NCBI GenBank assembly: GCA_023266095.1
Contig: JAHFRV010000003.1
Span: 29,444-93,443, forward strand
Direction: 5' to 3'
Length of the DNA: 64,000 bases
Origin: Gammaproteobacteria bacterium
GTDB lineage: Bacteria; Pseudomonadota; Gammaproteobacteria; DRLM01
A program made the position numbers and the translations under genes. The number at the start of each line of letters is the position of its first letter. Position 1 is the first letter of the stretch. Positions 32,939 through 42,735 of the stretch are shown one piece after another. The notes under the pieces are model-generated. The model saw only the letters and a list, made by a program, of their open reading frames with translations, did no database searches and had not been told where the DNA came from.

Positions 32939-35254
32939 TTACGCGACGACGGCCTTGTACCAGCCGCGGTACTCCAACACGTTGCCGCCGTAGATGTGGC
33001 GGAGTTTATAGGTCACCTTGTCGTGCGAGAACATGGAGCCCTGCGTGGGGTTGTCCTGCACGAACAGCTCGGGTTCTTCGTTGCCGTCCAAGAACGCGAT
33101 CTCGACACCCGGCACCTCGTTGGGATCACAGCTCACGGCCCAGTCGGTGGCGTCGGTCCAATACCACACCGGCTGCACCCGCATCTGCAACGACTCCACA
33201 AAATCGGTATCGTTGTTCGTCGCGCGGCGGAACAAATCGAACGCGGCTTCTTCAAGGTCGAACGGCACCCACAGATTCACCGGCGGCACGCCGATGCGGT
33301 CGGAGCTGGAAAGCTCGGTTTGCTTCAGCACCGCCAAGCGTGCAGCGGCCACGGCGGCCGCGCTGAGCGCAGCGGAGCCGAGGTTGCCGTGCGTGGCGTG
33401 AAAGAACGCGACCGCGTCGTACAGCGTCGGGTTGTCCTTCACGAAATCCAACACGAACTTGCTGAGCGTGCGCTTGGCCGCGCGCGAGAGTTTGATAGGC
33501 AGTTGCCGAATCACGCCCACGTCGTCGTTGCGAATCCCTTCCAGCGTCACCTCTTCGGTGCCACCGCGTTTTGTCACCGCATAGGTGGCCTTCTCATCAC
33601 CGGGTGTGGTGAGCGGCTCATACGGATAGCCTTGCGACACCCCGGGCAGGTCGCCGTAACCGCCCAAGCGCGTGCGCTCCTGCGTGCGGAAATCGCTCAC
33701 CGGCACCACGCTACAGGCGTTGCGCCACACTTCGTAGCGGCTGGTCTGCGCGTAGTCGGCAATCATGCGGCGCGTCATGGAGTCGCCCAGCACGTTGGCG
33801 AATGTGGATGAGTTCACCGACTCGCGGAACATTTCGTCGCGCACCGCTTCGCGCAGTCGTGCAGGGTCACAGTCGCGCAGTTGGCCGGTCACGCGGCGAT
33901 CGCCGGTGATCTCGATGTAACATTCTTTAAACGAGGTCGGCCCGCCTTTTTTCGCGGCGAAGAAGTCATCCATCATCTTTGATACTTTATCCGCGCGGTC
34001 TTCACCGCCCTCCACGCGGCCGCCCTCGCCGAGGCCGGTCACGCGGCCCGACTCGGTAAAGCTCGAGAGATAGGTGCGCTCGTCGGCGATGGCTTGATCC
34101 ACCGCCGCCTCGGTAAACGTGGTGAGCCCGTCGAAGTGCTTGCGCAATTTTTCCTTGGCCAGCTTCGGCAGGTTGGCTTCGGCGATGCGCACCCGCGCAT
34201 TCGCGCGCGTCTCCATCATCGACAGCCGTTGAGTCATGCGCTCGTCGAGCGCCTCCAATAATTGGGCATCGGCGGGCGATCCATCGCCCGCGTCCGCACC
34301 TACTGCCTCATCGCCACGGTTGTTCGTGAGTGCCTCGCGGTACGCCGTCTCCAGCGCCGCGTCATCGTCCACATTCAAACCCGTCGGAAGCTGGCCCTTG
34401 TTGGCGCGCTTGACGGCCTCGATCATCCGATCACGTAATTTCATATCCTCTTGCTCCTCCGGGTTGAACGCCTCGATCAAATTGATTAACTGCCCACCCG
34501 CGCCGGGCTCGATAATGAGATCGACGCTGTTGACCTTGCTGATGCTGGTTGCGTTGCGACGATTGCCGACCGTCTTGGCCGTGCCTGTCGCGTCGATGGA
34601 AAATCCAAACAAGTCCGCCGCCATGCCGCGCGCGTGCGCCTCGCGCAACTTCGCGGGCACATCACCGGCGGACTCCAACAGCTCCAGCACCGCGCGCACT
34701 TCACCGGTATTGGTGCTGCTGCCCTCCACGAATCGCGGCTGCGTGATGCGCCCGATTAAATTATTAAACGCCTTACCCTTGCCCTTGATGTGCTCCTCGT
34801 CGCTCTTCACGAACACGCGCGCGCCCTCAAACAGCGGCGTGGCCTCGCGCAATACGGCGTCGGGATAAAAATTATTGTTGCCGGAGAGCCCGGCCTTGAT
34901 CACGCGAATGGTCCAGCGCGTGCCGGCGGCGTCTTGGGATTCGATAAAAACGCCGGCCATTGCCTCGCGCAACGTCACCGGCTTGTGGTCCACCACAACT
35001 TCCTGCGGCGTGCCGAGCGTCACCGTATTGTCATCGCTGAGCGTGTAGGGATACGACCACAGGCGACCTTCGCGCGATGCGACGGCGCGGTCGGGATAGA
35101 TCGCCTCGAGCGATAGATAACAACCCGGAGCGGGTCCGCTCGTCGCCGCGGCGATGGCCGCGCGCACCAAGTCAATCACCGCGCGCAGCTCGGTGGCCAT
35201 CGCCTCGCGCAGCGATACTTCCCCGATCACGCCTTGCTGCGGTACGCGTTTCAT
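32939..35254 (-). CDS. fused prohead protease-scaffold-major capsid protein (Mu I/Z/T-like)
   Basis: 771 aa. N-terminal protease-like region, central coiled-coil/acidic scaffold-like segment, C-terminal ~300 aa capsid-like region. Single uninterrupted ORF. Confidence 0.55.
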   Translation of the reverse strand: MKRVPQQGVIGEVSLREAMATELRAVIDLVRAAIAAATSGPAPGCYLSLEAIYPDRAVASREGRLWSYPYTLSDDNTVTLGTPQEVVVDHKPVTLREAMAGVFIESQDAAGTRWTIRVIKAGLSGNNNFYPDAVLREATPLFEGARVFVKSDEEHIKGKGKAFNNLIGRITQPRFVEGSSTNTGEVRAVLELLESAGDVPAKLREAHARGMAADLFGFSIDATGTAKTVGNRRNATSISKVNSVDLIIEPGAGGQLINLIEAFNPEEQEDMKLRDRMIEAVKRANKGQLPTGLNVDDDAALETAYREALTNNRGDEAVGADAGDGSPADAQLLEALDERMTQRLSMMETRANARVRIAEANLPKLAKEKLRKHFDGLTTFTEAAVDQAIADERTYLSSFTESGRVTGLGEGGRVEGGEDRADKVSKMMDDFFAAKKGGPTSFKECYIEITGDRRVTGQLRDCDPARLREAVRDEMFRESVNSSTFANVLGDSMTRRMIADYAQTSRYEVWRNACSVVPVSDFRTQERTRLGGYGDLPGVSQGYPYEPLTTPGDEKATYAVTKRGGTEEVTLEGIRNDDVGVIRQLPIKLSRAAKRTLSKFVLDFVKDNPTLYDAVAFFHATHGNLGSAALSAAAVAAARLAVLKQTELSSSDRIGVPPVNLWVPFDLEEAAFDLFRRATNNDTDFVESLQMRVQPVWYWTDATDWAVSCDPNEVPGVEIAFLDGNEEPELFVQDNPTQGSMFSHDKVTYKLRHIYGGNVLEYRGWYKAVVA

Positions 35255-35490
35255 TTGTCGCCGCGCAACTTGCGGCCGTCTTTGGTGACCACGATCACGT
35301 GGTCGCCCTTGTCGGAGAAGGCCAGCACCTCTTCCGCCTTCACCGGCAGGCGTTTAATGTTTGCCTTTCCGTCGCTGTCCAGCACGACTTTGCCGTGCTT
35401 GTCCAACACCGGCACTTCGCGCTCGACCAACTTCGCCGCGTCAGCGGCGGTCATCGCGATGGGGGCGGGTGATTCCGATGGCTTGCTCAT
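35251..35490 (-). CDS. small phage head-associated hypothetical protein
   Basis: 79 aa. Overlaps the capsid gene start. Confidence 0.45.
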   Translation of the reverse strand: MSKPSESPAPIAMTAADAAKLVEREVPVLDKHGKVVLDSDGKANIKRLPVKAEEVLAFSDKGDHVIVVTKDGRKLRGDK

Positions 35491-35641
35491 GTATGGCTCC
35501 TGTTGTTCGGACAGATAAACCGAAACGGTCAGGCGCCACGATAAGGCGGGGTGTGCTGAATGTATTTTAACCGCGGTTAAAAATGAAAGCGGGGGAGTGT
35601 GGAATGCGCATCACGAATCATGATGCACGCGCGGGCGCGAA

Positions 35642-36559
35642 TCAACCCACTCGACGTGACCGCCCGGCCTCTTCCAATTCGCGCTTGCTGCGGCTGCGCG
35701 CCAGCTCCTCGGAGGTGAAGGCCTTTTTCTTCGGGCTACTCATATCCCAGTGCGCCATGTGCGGCAGCGACTCGCAGCCGCAGTTGATCGTCTCACCGGC
35801 CGGCCCCTGCGGGTCGCGCGGGTAGCGCAGCAGCACCACGCCGCGCGGCGTGTGCAGCCGAAACGGCTGGTCGACCGACTGTATCTGCCCGTCCGCGGCG
35901 TCATGATGGAAGCGCGAATGCACTTTCCCTGAGCGGCGCCACTGCCGTTGCAGCCCGGGCAGAATCTCCACCGCCTGCTGCTGTCGCTCATACGCGGCGG
36001 TGGAGAACGCGCGGCCGAGTTCGGTGCGCACCACGGTGATTGCCCGCCCGCGCCCGCCCTCAAACAAACCGGCAATGCTGCCGATGGCGTCCCCAGGCGA
36101 TTGCGCGCCGATCGCCACCAGGCCCAGCTGTGTGTTGATGCGATTCGCGACGGTCATCGATATATCGCGCATTTTATCGGTCATAAACGTGCGCATGCTG
36201 AGCAGCTGTTGCGTGTCCAGCTGCGGCAGCACCGCGCTAATGCGTATCCCGCCCGCCTCGAGCGGCCGCTCGATCAAGTCCGCACCCGCCTCCCACGCGC
36301 GGCCCGCGGCGCTGTTCACCGCGCGGCCCGCCTGCAGGGCCAGCTCATCCAGCGTCTGGCGGATGGACTTCTGCAGCTGCGGCAGGTGATAGCGTTCCCA
36401 CTCCGTGGGCGCGCTGGCCAGCGTAAGGCGCGCCCGCTCGTTCGCCACGGTGAGCAGCCGTTCGATCTCGCCGAACGTGTCGCGCTGGATCTTCGTGCGC
36501 ACCGCCGCGGCCTCGGTGCGCACGACTCTTAGGCGTTTGTTTTTTTCGCGCTCATTCAT
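35642..36559 (-). CDS. phage head morphogenesis protein (Mu F / SPP1 gp7 family)
   Basis: 305 aa in the F-like position after the portal. F-family assignment is from memory. Confidence 0.7.
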   Translation of the reverse strand: MNEREKNKRLRVVRTEAAAVRTKIQRDTFGEIERLLTVANERARLTLASAPTEWERYHLPQLQKSIRQTLDELALQAGRAVNSAAGRAWEAGADLIERPLEAGGIRISAVLPQLDTQQLLSMRTFMTDKMRDISMTVANRINTQLGLVAIGAQSPGDAIGSIAGLFEGGRGRAITVVRTELGRAFSTAAYERQQQAVEILPGLQRQWRRSGKVHSRFHHDAADGQIQSVDQPFRLHTPRGVVLLRYPRDPQGPAGETINCGCESLPHMAHWDMSSPKKKAFTSEELARSRSKRELEEAGRSRRVG

Positions 36560-37185
36560 GCGGCAGCGCGGCCTCGGCTTCGCGTAAGCGTCGCACGGCG
36601 GTTTGGAAATATTGCGGCACCATCTCGATGCCTAGAAAGCGGCGCCCGGCCTCGATGGCGGCGACGCCCGTCGTGCCCGCGCCGGCAAACGGGTCGAGAA
36701 TACCCCCCCTGTGGGGTTATTTGTATCAGCTCGCGCATCAGCGCGACCGGCTTTTGCGTGATGTGCACTTTGCCGTTGACGATGGTTGCGTACCTCAACA
36801 CCCCGTCCAGATACACATCGGCCCACGCACGCATCGACCCGCGCGTTGCCCAGCAAATAAATTCCGACTGCCGGCGGAACCCGCCCTTGTGCGGCCGAGA
36901 TCCACGGCCCTTATCCCACACCACCACCGAGCGCGTAATCAGCCCTGCAGTGGACGCCGCGTTATTCATTTCACTGAAATTTCGCCAGTCGATAAACGAC
37001 AGCAGCACACCGCCTTCCACCAGCACGCGCGCCACACCGGTCATCCACTCATGCAGCTGCGCTAGCAATGCCAGCGAATCCCCTTGCCACATTTCCCACA
37101 GCGGCCGGCCCTCCGCGTCGGAGCGGGCCGACCGCTCGACGATCTCGGCTTGCGTTATTTCGTGATTGCATGTTGCGCAGCGCAT
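36552..37185 (-). pseudogene. decayed N4/N6 DNA methyltransferase (beta-class, TQKP...FAGAGTT)
   Basis: Has HITQKP. After a +1 frameshift in a C7 run (36703..36709) the reading continues [33 protein letters not shown] to the stop at 36552. The motif IV (DPPY) region is absent between the GDS.ALL and EW...RVL blocks, suggesting an internal deletion. Confidence 0.65.
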
Positions 37186-37208
37186 TTTTTACGTCCCAGT
37201 TGCTTGCT

Positions 37209-38669
37209 CTATATGGGTTGAACGTCTTGCATGTCTTGATCGGGCGGCAGGTCGCCGAACGTGTCGGCCTCCCTGCGTCCGGCCGCTTCCTCGCGCGCGG
37301 TCGCGAGCTCGTCCTCCGCGTCAAAGTCCGTCCCAAGCCGTTCGGCCACTGACTCAATGATGCGCAGCGCGGTAAGTTCACTCAGCAATCCGCGCTCGAC
37401 CGCCAGCGCCGCGGCCATCACCACTTGCTGCAACGCGGCTGCATATTTTGTGGTGTCGCTGGCGATCATCTCCGGCCACGTCACACTCACACCGCTCAGC
37501 AGCGCGGACTCCGGCTCGGCCTTGCCGCCGGCCATCAGGTGCCGGCGCAACACATACATGCCCACCGAGCGCAATACGTAGCCCAAGAAGTTTCGCCGCT
37601 TGCTGATCATCTTGAATGAGGGATCGCCCATCTCGCCCGCGGTGGCGCGGTTCACGTCGCCGCCCGTGCCGAACCAGTGTTCGGGTATCGACGCGCCGCC
37701 GAGGATGTGCCCGCGAAACAATCGAGCGCCAGCCGAGCTTTCGTACTGACCCAGCTCCGGCGCCATCGCTTTACGCTCAACCGTGTCGTTGTGATAGTGC
37801 GTCGATCCGGGCGAGGGCGGTTTGTCTTTCTTCGCGTAGTCGGCCACCTCGGCCGGCGTCGCGCCCTTGAGCGTCACGTCCCACACAAACGCGCGCATGA
37901 AGCTCGCGCGGTCCAGCTCGCCGAACAGAAATTGATCGTAGCCGTCCAGCCAATCCACCTGCGCCAGCAGGTCCGAGCGGCCACGGCCGCCGGTGATCAA
38001 TCCGTTCACCCGGTAAAAAAAACATTCGCCATCTGCAAAGCCCGCGCGTATCTCGCGCGTGCGCTCGGTAAACACATCCTCCCCGCCGTTGATGATGATG
38101 CGGTATTTTTTGTAGCGGCCTTTACTGTCCTTTTTTGTTATCACGCCAATCGGCTGCGCCGCGTTGTCCGGGTCTTTCACCACCTCGGCGATGCGGCACG
38201 GATCGAGATAACCGATGCGCACGTGCCCGGTCAGCTCGTTGACGAACACCGGCCAGCACAGCTCGCCGAACAGCGCCAGCTCGCGCACCCGTTCTTCCAG
38301 TTTGAGGTCCCATTGATTGATGGGGTCGTCCCAATGCGCGTGCAGCACGTCCTGCAGGTCGGGCTCGTCGTGCGCCATCGCCACGCCCTCGGAGAGCATG
38401 TAGGCCAGCGGCAATTCAATCAGCCGATTGCCGAGCAGGTTCTGCTCCCACACGTAGTGCGCCAGCCGCTGCATGCGCTCCTGCGTCATCGGCGTAAGAT
38501 CGCGGTTGCCATCGCCGGTGAGCTTGCGCCAGTCGGCCTCGTCGGGGTCCACCGTCACCGCCACCGCTTCGCGCAAGGGCCGCTCGTCGTCCTGCCGTTC
38601 ATCCGCGGGCGGCATCGCCGGTGCGGCAAACGCGCGCACCGTGGCCATAAGTCGTTGTGCCATTTTCAT
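37209..38669 (-). CDS. phage portal protein (Mu gp29/DUF935-like)
   Basis: 486 aa. Sits between the TerL side and the F-like gene. Size and position fit a Mu-type portal. Confidence 0.6.
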   Translation of the reverse strand: MKMAQRLMATVRAFAAPAMPPADERQDDERPLREAVAVTVDPDEADWRKLTGDGNRDLTPMTQERMQRLAHYVWEQNLLGNRLIELPLAYMLSEGVAMAHDEPDLQDVLHAHWDDPINQWDLKLEERVRELALFGELCWPVFVNELTGHVRIGYLDPCRIAEVVKDPDNAAQPIGVITKKDSKGRYKKYRIIINGGEDVFTERTREIRAGFADGECFFYRVNGLITGGRGRSDLLAQVDWLDGYDQFLFGELDRASFMRAFVWDVTLKGATPAEVADYAKKDKPPSPGSTHYHNDTVERKAMAPELGQYESSAGARLFRGHILGGASIPEHWFGTGGDVNRATAGEMGDPSFKMISKRRNFLGYVLRSVGMYVLRRHLMAGGKAEPESALLSGVSVTWPEMIASDTTKYAAALQQVVMAAALAVERGLLSELTALRIIESVAERLGTDFDAEDELATAREEAAGRREADTFGDLPPDQDMQDVQPI

Positions 38670-38896
38670 TTGTTCAATCTCCTGGCGCTAACCGTGAACA
38701 CATACACCTCACCCACGACGAATTGCTCCGCGAGCGACAACGGCAGCCGCATATCAAAGCTCCGTGCATCCGGTAGATGCTCAAACTCACTGACCGGCGA
38801 GAAGCCCACCGTCACGAGCGGCGGATGATTATTCACCCACCACGGCCGAAACTCGCGGGTGAACGTACAGCGGAACGGTAAATCGATGCTCTGCAT
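38666..38896 (-). CDS. hypothetical protein (module between TerL and portal)
   Basis: 76 aa. ATGA-coupled to the portal start. Confidence 0.3.
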   Translation of the reverse strand: MQSIDLPFRCTFTREFRPWWVNNHPPLVTVGFSPVSEFEHLPDARSFDMRLPLSLAEQFVVGEVYVFTVSARRLNK

Positions 38897-39004
38897 AGCC
38901 GCGCAAACCTTTATAAAGCCTTTACGAGGCGCGAACGAAACACCGCCGCACGTCCGGCCGCATGAGAGCGCGCGCGCCGCGTGGCGCGCCTCTCGTTGCG
39001 CCGA

Positions 39005-39334
39005 TCATTGCGGCTCGAGATCACGCACATACAGCATGCCCTCCAGCACCACTGTGTTGCCGTTGCTGTCGGTGCCGGTGGCGATCATGTGATAGTCCTC
39101 GCCGTCGGTGCCGGCGGCGATGCGGCATTGCGCGGTCTGCCCGCTCACCGTCGCGCCGCTCACCGTCACGTTCGCGCTGCCCGCCACGTTGCCGCGCTTC
39201 GCTTGCGTGATCACCGGCGTGCCCGAGAGCGTCACGCCGCTGCCCAGCACCTTCGCACCGCTGAAGTTGTAGACCCGCGATTCGCTCGCGCGCTTTTCCA
39301 GCACCGGCAATCCGTTTTGCGGGTCGCGCATCAT
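39005..39334 (-). CDS. hypothetical beta-repeat protein
   Basis: 109 aa, Gly/Ser/Thr/Val-rich short repeats (GTPVITQAKRGNVAGSANVTVSGATVSGQ). Confidence 0.4.
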   Translation of the reverse strand: MMRDPQNGLPVLEKRASESRVYNFSGAKVLGSGVTLSGTPVITQAKRGNVAGSANVTVSGATVSGQTAQCRIAAGTDGEDYHMIATGTDSNGNTVVLEGMLYVRDLEPQ

Positions 39335-40323
39335 GACGTCGTGCCCGTCTCGCGCAGCGTCCAGGTGGTTTCATTCGCGGCCGCGCCCGCCGCGAGGCTG
39401 AGCTTGGTCCACACACCCTGCGATGCGCCGGCCGTGTGGTTCTGCGAGTTCGCCACGTTCTTCGCCGTACTGTTGAACGTGTAGCCGCCCGGCGCAACCA
39501 GGCGGCTATTGCCCAAGCCGTTGGTGTCGCTGCCGCCGAGCGAGGTCTCCAGCGCAAAATCAAAGATGCCGAGCGCGTCGGTCACCTCGCTGATTTGCGA
39601 GGCGGTGAGCGCCAGCGTGCCGTGCAGGTTGGTGAAAAATATTTTGTCGTAGTACGTGCGCGCGCTGCCGCCGGAGGCGTCGGCCGCCGCGTCGTAGGCG
39701 ATGCGCCGCACCTGCATCACTTCGTCGGGCGTTTTCTCAAACACCATGCCGCGAGAAATGCGGAAGGTGCTGGTGGCATCCGGCGCGGTGGCGAAGTCAC
39801 GCGCGGGCGTCGCCACTTTCGTCGAGCCCACATAGTCGAAGATGCGGCGTATCTCGCCCGCACCCGTGCCGCCGGTGATGCGCAGCACCATGCCGTTGTA
39901 GGCGTCATCCGTCGCGCTCGCGCCGGCGTCGAGCGTGATGGATGCAGCGGCACCGGCCGCGGCGGTGTTGCTGCGCTCCGCCGTGGCCGCTTCCAGCGCC
40001 ACGGCGCCCGTGGTGCTGGCGCTCTTCACGGCTTTCAGCAAATCCTTCCAGTTCGTCACCGAGGTCATTGCCACCGGCGTGAGGCCGGCGAGCACTTTCC
40101 CCTCGTTTTGCAAAACGCCCGCGGCATCGCGCCCGGTAACGGTCACCGTTTGCGTGACGTCGCCGGCGGCGGAGGACACCACCTGCACGTTGTCGGCGGC
40201 GGACAAATCCGCAAACACCACGCGCTTGGTCTTGTCCACCGCGCCGCCGATGTCGGTGGTGGCGTCACTGTCGGCCATCGAGGCCGAGCCGTAAATCTCT
40301 ATATCCTGCGGTCGTACCGGCAT
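39331..40323 (-). CDS. hypothetical protein (Ala/Thr/Ser-rich, fiber/decoration-like)
   Basis: 330 aa from the Met with an AGGAGA RBS. The stop overlaps the next start (ATGA). Confidence 0.45.
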   Translation of the reverse strand: MPVRPQDIEIYGSASMADSDATTDIGGAVDKTKRVVFADLSAADNVQVVSSAAGDVTQTVTVTGRDAAGVLQNEGKVLAGLTPVAMTSVTNWKDLLKAVKSASTTGAVALEAATAERSNTAAAGAAASITLDAGASATDDAYNGMVLRITGGTGAGEIRRIFDYVGSTKVATPARDFATAPDATSTFRISRGMVFEKTPDEVMQVRRIAYDAAADASGGSARTYYDKIFFTNLHGTLALTASQISEVTDALGIFDFALETSLGGSDTNGLGNSRLVAPGGYTFNSTAKNVANSQNHTAGASQGVWTKLSLAAGAAANETTWTLRETGTTS

Positions 40324-40334
40324 TGCTGCATCTC

Positions 40335-41222
40335 CTATCGTTTCTCCACTGTCCACACCACACCGCGCGCGGGCACTTCCCACACCACGCCGCGCGCATC
40401 CACGTACCACACATCCGTCACGCCGCCCACAAAGCTCGGCTGCGGCTGCGACCAATTCGCCGGCAGACTCTCATCCGCCGCTATTACCATGCGCCAGTCC
40501 GCGGGCACGGCCACGTCGCCGCGCATTTCGCCGCGCCAGCCGGCCGGCACAAAGCGGTCGGCGACGATCGACTGCACCCAGCCCACCGGCATCGCGTGCT
40601 CAATGTTCACCGCCGCGCGCATCAGCGCGGGCAAGGCGAGATCCGCCGCCGCCACCGCGCGCCACCCAACAGGCGCGGCCTGCGTGGCCTCCAGCAACAC
40701 GCCGCCGCGCCACAGCAGCGGCAGCATGGCATCGCTCGCGATGCCGGCGGAGAACATCACCGGCAGCCCGTGCTCGCTGCGCAGCCCCGAGAACCATGCC
40801 GCCTGCATGCCGTGATCCGCCACCAGCTGCGCGCGCGTGGCAATCGGCAGCGCATCATCGGCCGCGAGGCTCGACCGCCACACCGCGCCAAGCTCGGCAT
40901 CCGCATCCACCACCACCGCGCCGCGCCACATGCCGGGCATGGCGACGTCCGCCGCGATACTCGCGCGATGGCCGGCGGCGAGCAGGTGATCCGCGCGCAG
41001 CGTCTGCGCCCATCCCGCCATCAATGCGGCGTCGCGGTTGATGGCGGCCAGATAACCCGCCGGCAACCCGCCGTCGCTCAATGCCGTGGCGCGGGCGAGG
41101 GCGGGCAGTGCGGCGTCCGTCGCGATGGATGATCTCCCGCCGGCTGGAATAGCGTGGTCGGCGTTGATGGCGCCGCCGCCAGCGGCTGGCTGCAAGTAAA
41201 GACTTACATAACGCGCATGCAT
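40335..41222 (-). CDS. tandem-repeat protein (~14 x [D/H]xx[LMV]PxxW[R] units)
   Basis: 295 aa. Repeat units such as DVAMPGMWRGAVVV, DAMLPLLWRGGVLL, DLALPALMRAAVNI, DVAVPADWRMVIAA. C-terminal VVWEVPARGVVWTVEKR. Confidence 0.5.
   Translation of the reverse strand: MHARYVSLYLQPAAGGGAINADHAIPAGGRSSIATDAALPALARATALSDGGLPAGYLAAINRDAALMAGWAQTLRADHLLAAGHRASIAADVAMPGMWRGAVVVDADAELGAVWRSSLAADDALPIATRAQLVADHGMQAAWFSGLRSEHGLPVMFSAGIASDAMLPLLWRGGVLLEATQAAPVGWRAVAAADLALPALMRAAVNIEHAMPVGWVQSIVADRFVPAGWRGEMRGDVAVPADWRMVIAADESLPANWSQPQPSFVGGVTDVWYVDARGVVWEVPARGVVWTVEKR
40450..41100. repeat. imperfect ~42-48 bp tandem DNA repeats encoding the DxxLPxxWR units
   Basis: Recurring cggcaNNgcNNNNtc / gccaccgcgcgcc-type blocks on the plus strand. 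Both strands stay open across them. Confidence 0.45.
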
Positions 41223-41223
41223 A

Positions 41224-41553
41224 TCAGAGGCTCAAAATATTCCAATCGAATGCGCGCCCCGTGCCCGCTATTTGTTTAAGCGTGAAGGTGCATTCCGTAT
41301 CGACAGGAATCGGGATGCTGTATTTGTTTGGATCGGCCTGTATGTTGGCGAACGCTCCGATGCGCGTCTGTCTTGATGTGCTACCAGACTTGCACTTGCT
41401 ATACACTCGCAGCTCAAGCACATCCCCATTAACCATCGCGTTTGCATCGACTACCAGAACATACACACCCGCCGTTGTAATGGCGGTGCCTAGCGTGTGC
41501 TCTGTATTGATCGTCGCCGTCTGAGAGCCGGATTGATTCGATGTTACGCTCAT
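41224..41553 (-). CDS. hypothetical beta-sandwich-like protein
   Basis: 109 aa from MSVTSNQ. ATGA overlap with the upstream stop. Confidence 0.4.
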   Translation of the reverse strand: MSVTSNQSGSQTATINTEHTLGTAITTAGVYVLVVDANAMVNGDVLELRVYSKCKSGSTSRQTRIGAFANIQADPNKYSIPIPVDTECTFTLKQIAGTGRAFDWNILSL

Positions 41554-42338
41554 GAGGCCCCCATGATTGATACGTAGAAATTGGATACCGTGCCGCCGAT
41601 AAACGTGAACCTCGCCGCAAGACGTGTTCCGGCTGGAATATCGACCGGCAGCCAAAATAGGTGCTGGGGAAAGACTCCACGGGTTGATGGGCGACCCAAA
41701 AAGCTGAGTTGCGACAACACTACTTGCTCGGAACCGGCTGCGCCGATGCCGATGTCTAATTTAAATTCGATCCCGTTAGTCGTGGTGTTTGATGTGATCA
41801 TGATCCCCATCATGCGCATTGCGCTAGATGTCGATGCCGTGATCTGCGCCCATGACCCCGTGCCTGAGCCGGGCATGGTGACAAGGGTGCCGCGACTCGA
41901 TCCGACACTGCTGCCGTAATCGGTGATGAGACTGAGCGCGGGGAGGGAATCAAATGCGGCTGCCACGAATCCGATGGATATTTGCGTGGTGCTTGAAGAG
42001 CTCGCCGCTGCGCGGACGGCGACCCGTGTTCCAGCCGGGATTTCACAATGGAATATGATGGGTTGATTCCAGATATCATCAGTATTAGATACATTTCCCC
42101 CCGCAATATTAGGAACGATAACCAGCTCTGATCCGGAGGCCCCGATACCGATATCGATCAATGCGTAGTACGGCGCGCCGGCATTGCCGCGCCACTGCAC
42201 GACGACGCCGCACGAATTGAACGGAGTGGATGCCGTTACCTGCGCCCACGTGCCTTTTGCGTTAACCCCTGGGGTGGCGTTCGTTATTGCCTGCCCCTGA
42301 TACCTATTACTACCGGCAAAGATTCCCCAGTCAGCCAT
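41550..42338 (-). CDS. hypothetical protein with internally duplicated ~100-aa beta domain
   Basis: Halves WAQVTAST...IDIGIGASGSE...IPAGTRVAVR and WAQITAST...LDIGIGAAGSEQ...IPAGTRLAAR. Confidence 0.45.
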   Translation of the reverse strand: MADWGIFAGSNRYQGQAITNATPGVNAKGTWAQVTASTPFNSCGVVVQWRGNAGAPYYALIDIGIGASGSELVIVPNIAGGNVSNTDDIWNQPIIFHCEIPAGTRVAVRAAASSSSTTQISIGFVAAAFDSLPALSLITDYGSSVGSSRGTLVTMPGSGTGSWAQITASTSSAMRMMGIMITSNTTTNGIEFKLDIGIGAAGSEQVVLSQLSFLGRPSTRGVFPQHLFWLPVDIPAGTRLAARFTFIGGTVSNFYVSIMGAS

Positions 42339-42735
42339 TGATGATGCACTCTTTGTCGGCCGCATCGAGCAGACCGATGGAGACTAGATAATCTAGTCCC
42401 ACAATCATGTCCGGATCGTCCGATAGCACTTCATTCGCTGAGTCGAGCAGCGACACGAAATCCTCCACGATAGGGTTGTTTTTTGCCGCCACGCGAATTC
42501 CGATGCGCTTAGGCGTCGGGATGCGCTTCAAAAAATCATAACGGGACCATGACACTCGACTGGCGCGCGCCAGGCGCGGTACAAAGCTCAGCGCTGCCGC
42601 ATCCCACTCGTGCGTGCCAATATCCGGCCCGTCGATCGCGACTGAGGCGAGGCCATCCGGAAGCGGATCGGCGACTACTTCGCCCACACTCACCAGCTGT
42701 CCGTTTGACGCCCTATACACCGCATACCATGTCAT
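42331..42735 (-). CDS. hypothetical protein
   Basis: 134 aa. TGAATG junction with the upstream gene. Confidence 0.4.
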   Translation of the reverse strand: MTWYAVYRASNGQLVSVGEVVADPLPDGLASVAIDGPDIGTHEWDAAALSFVPRLARASRVSWSRYDFLKRIPTPKRIGIRVAAKNNPIVEDFVSLLDSANEVLSDDPDMIVGLDYLVSIGLLDAADKECIING

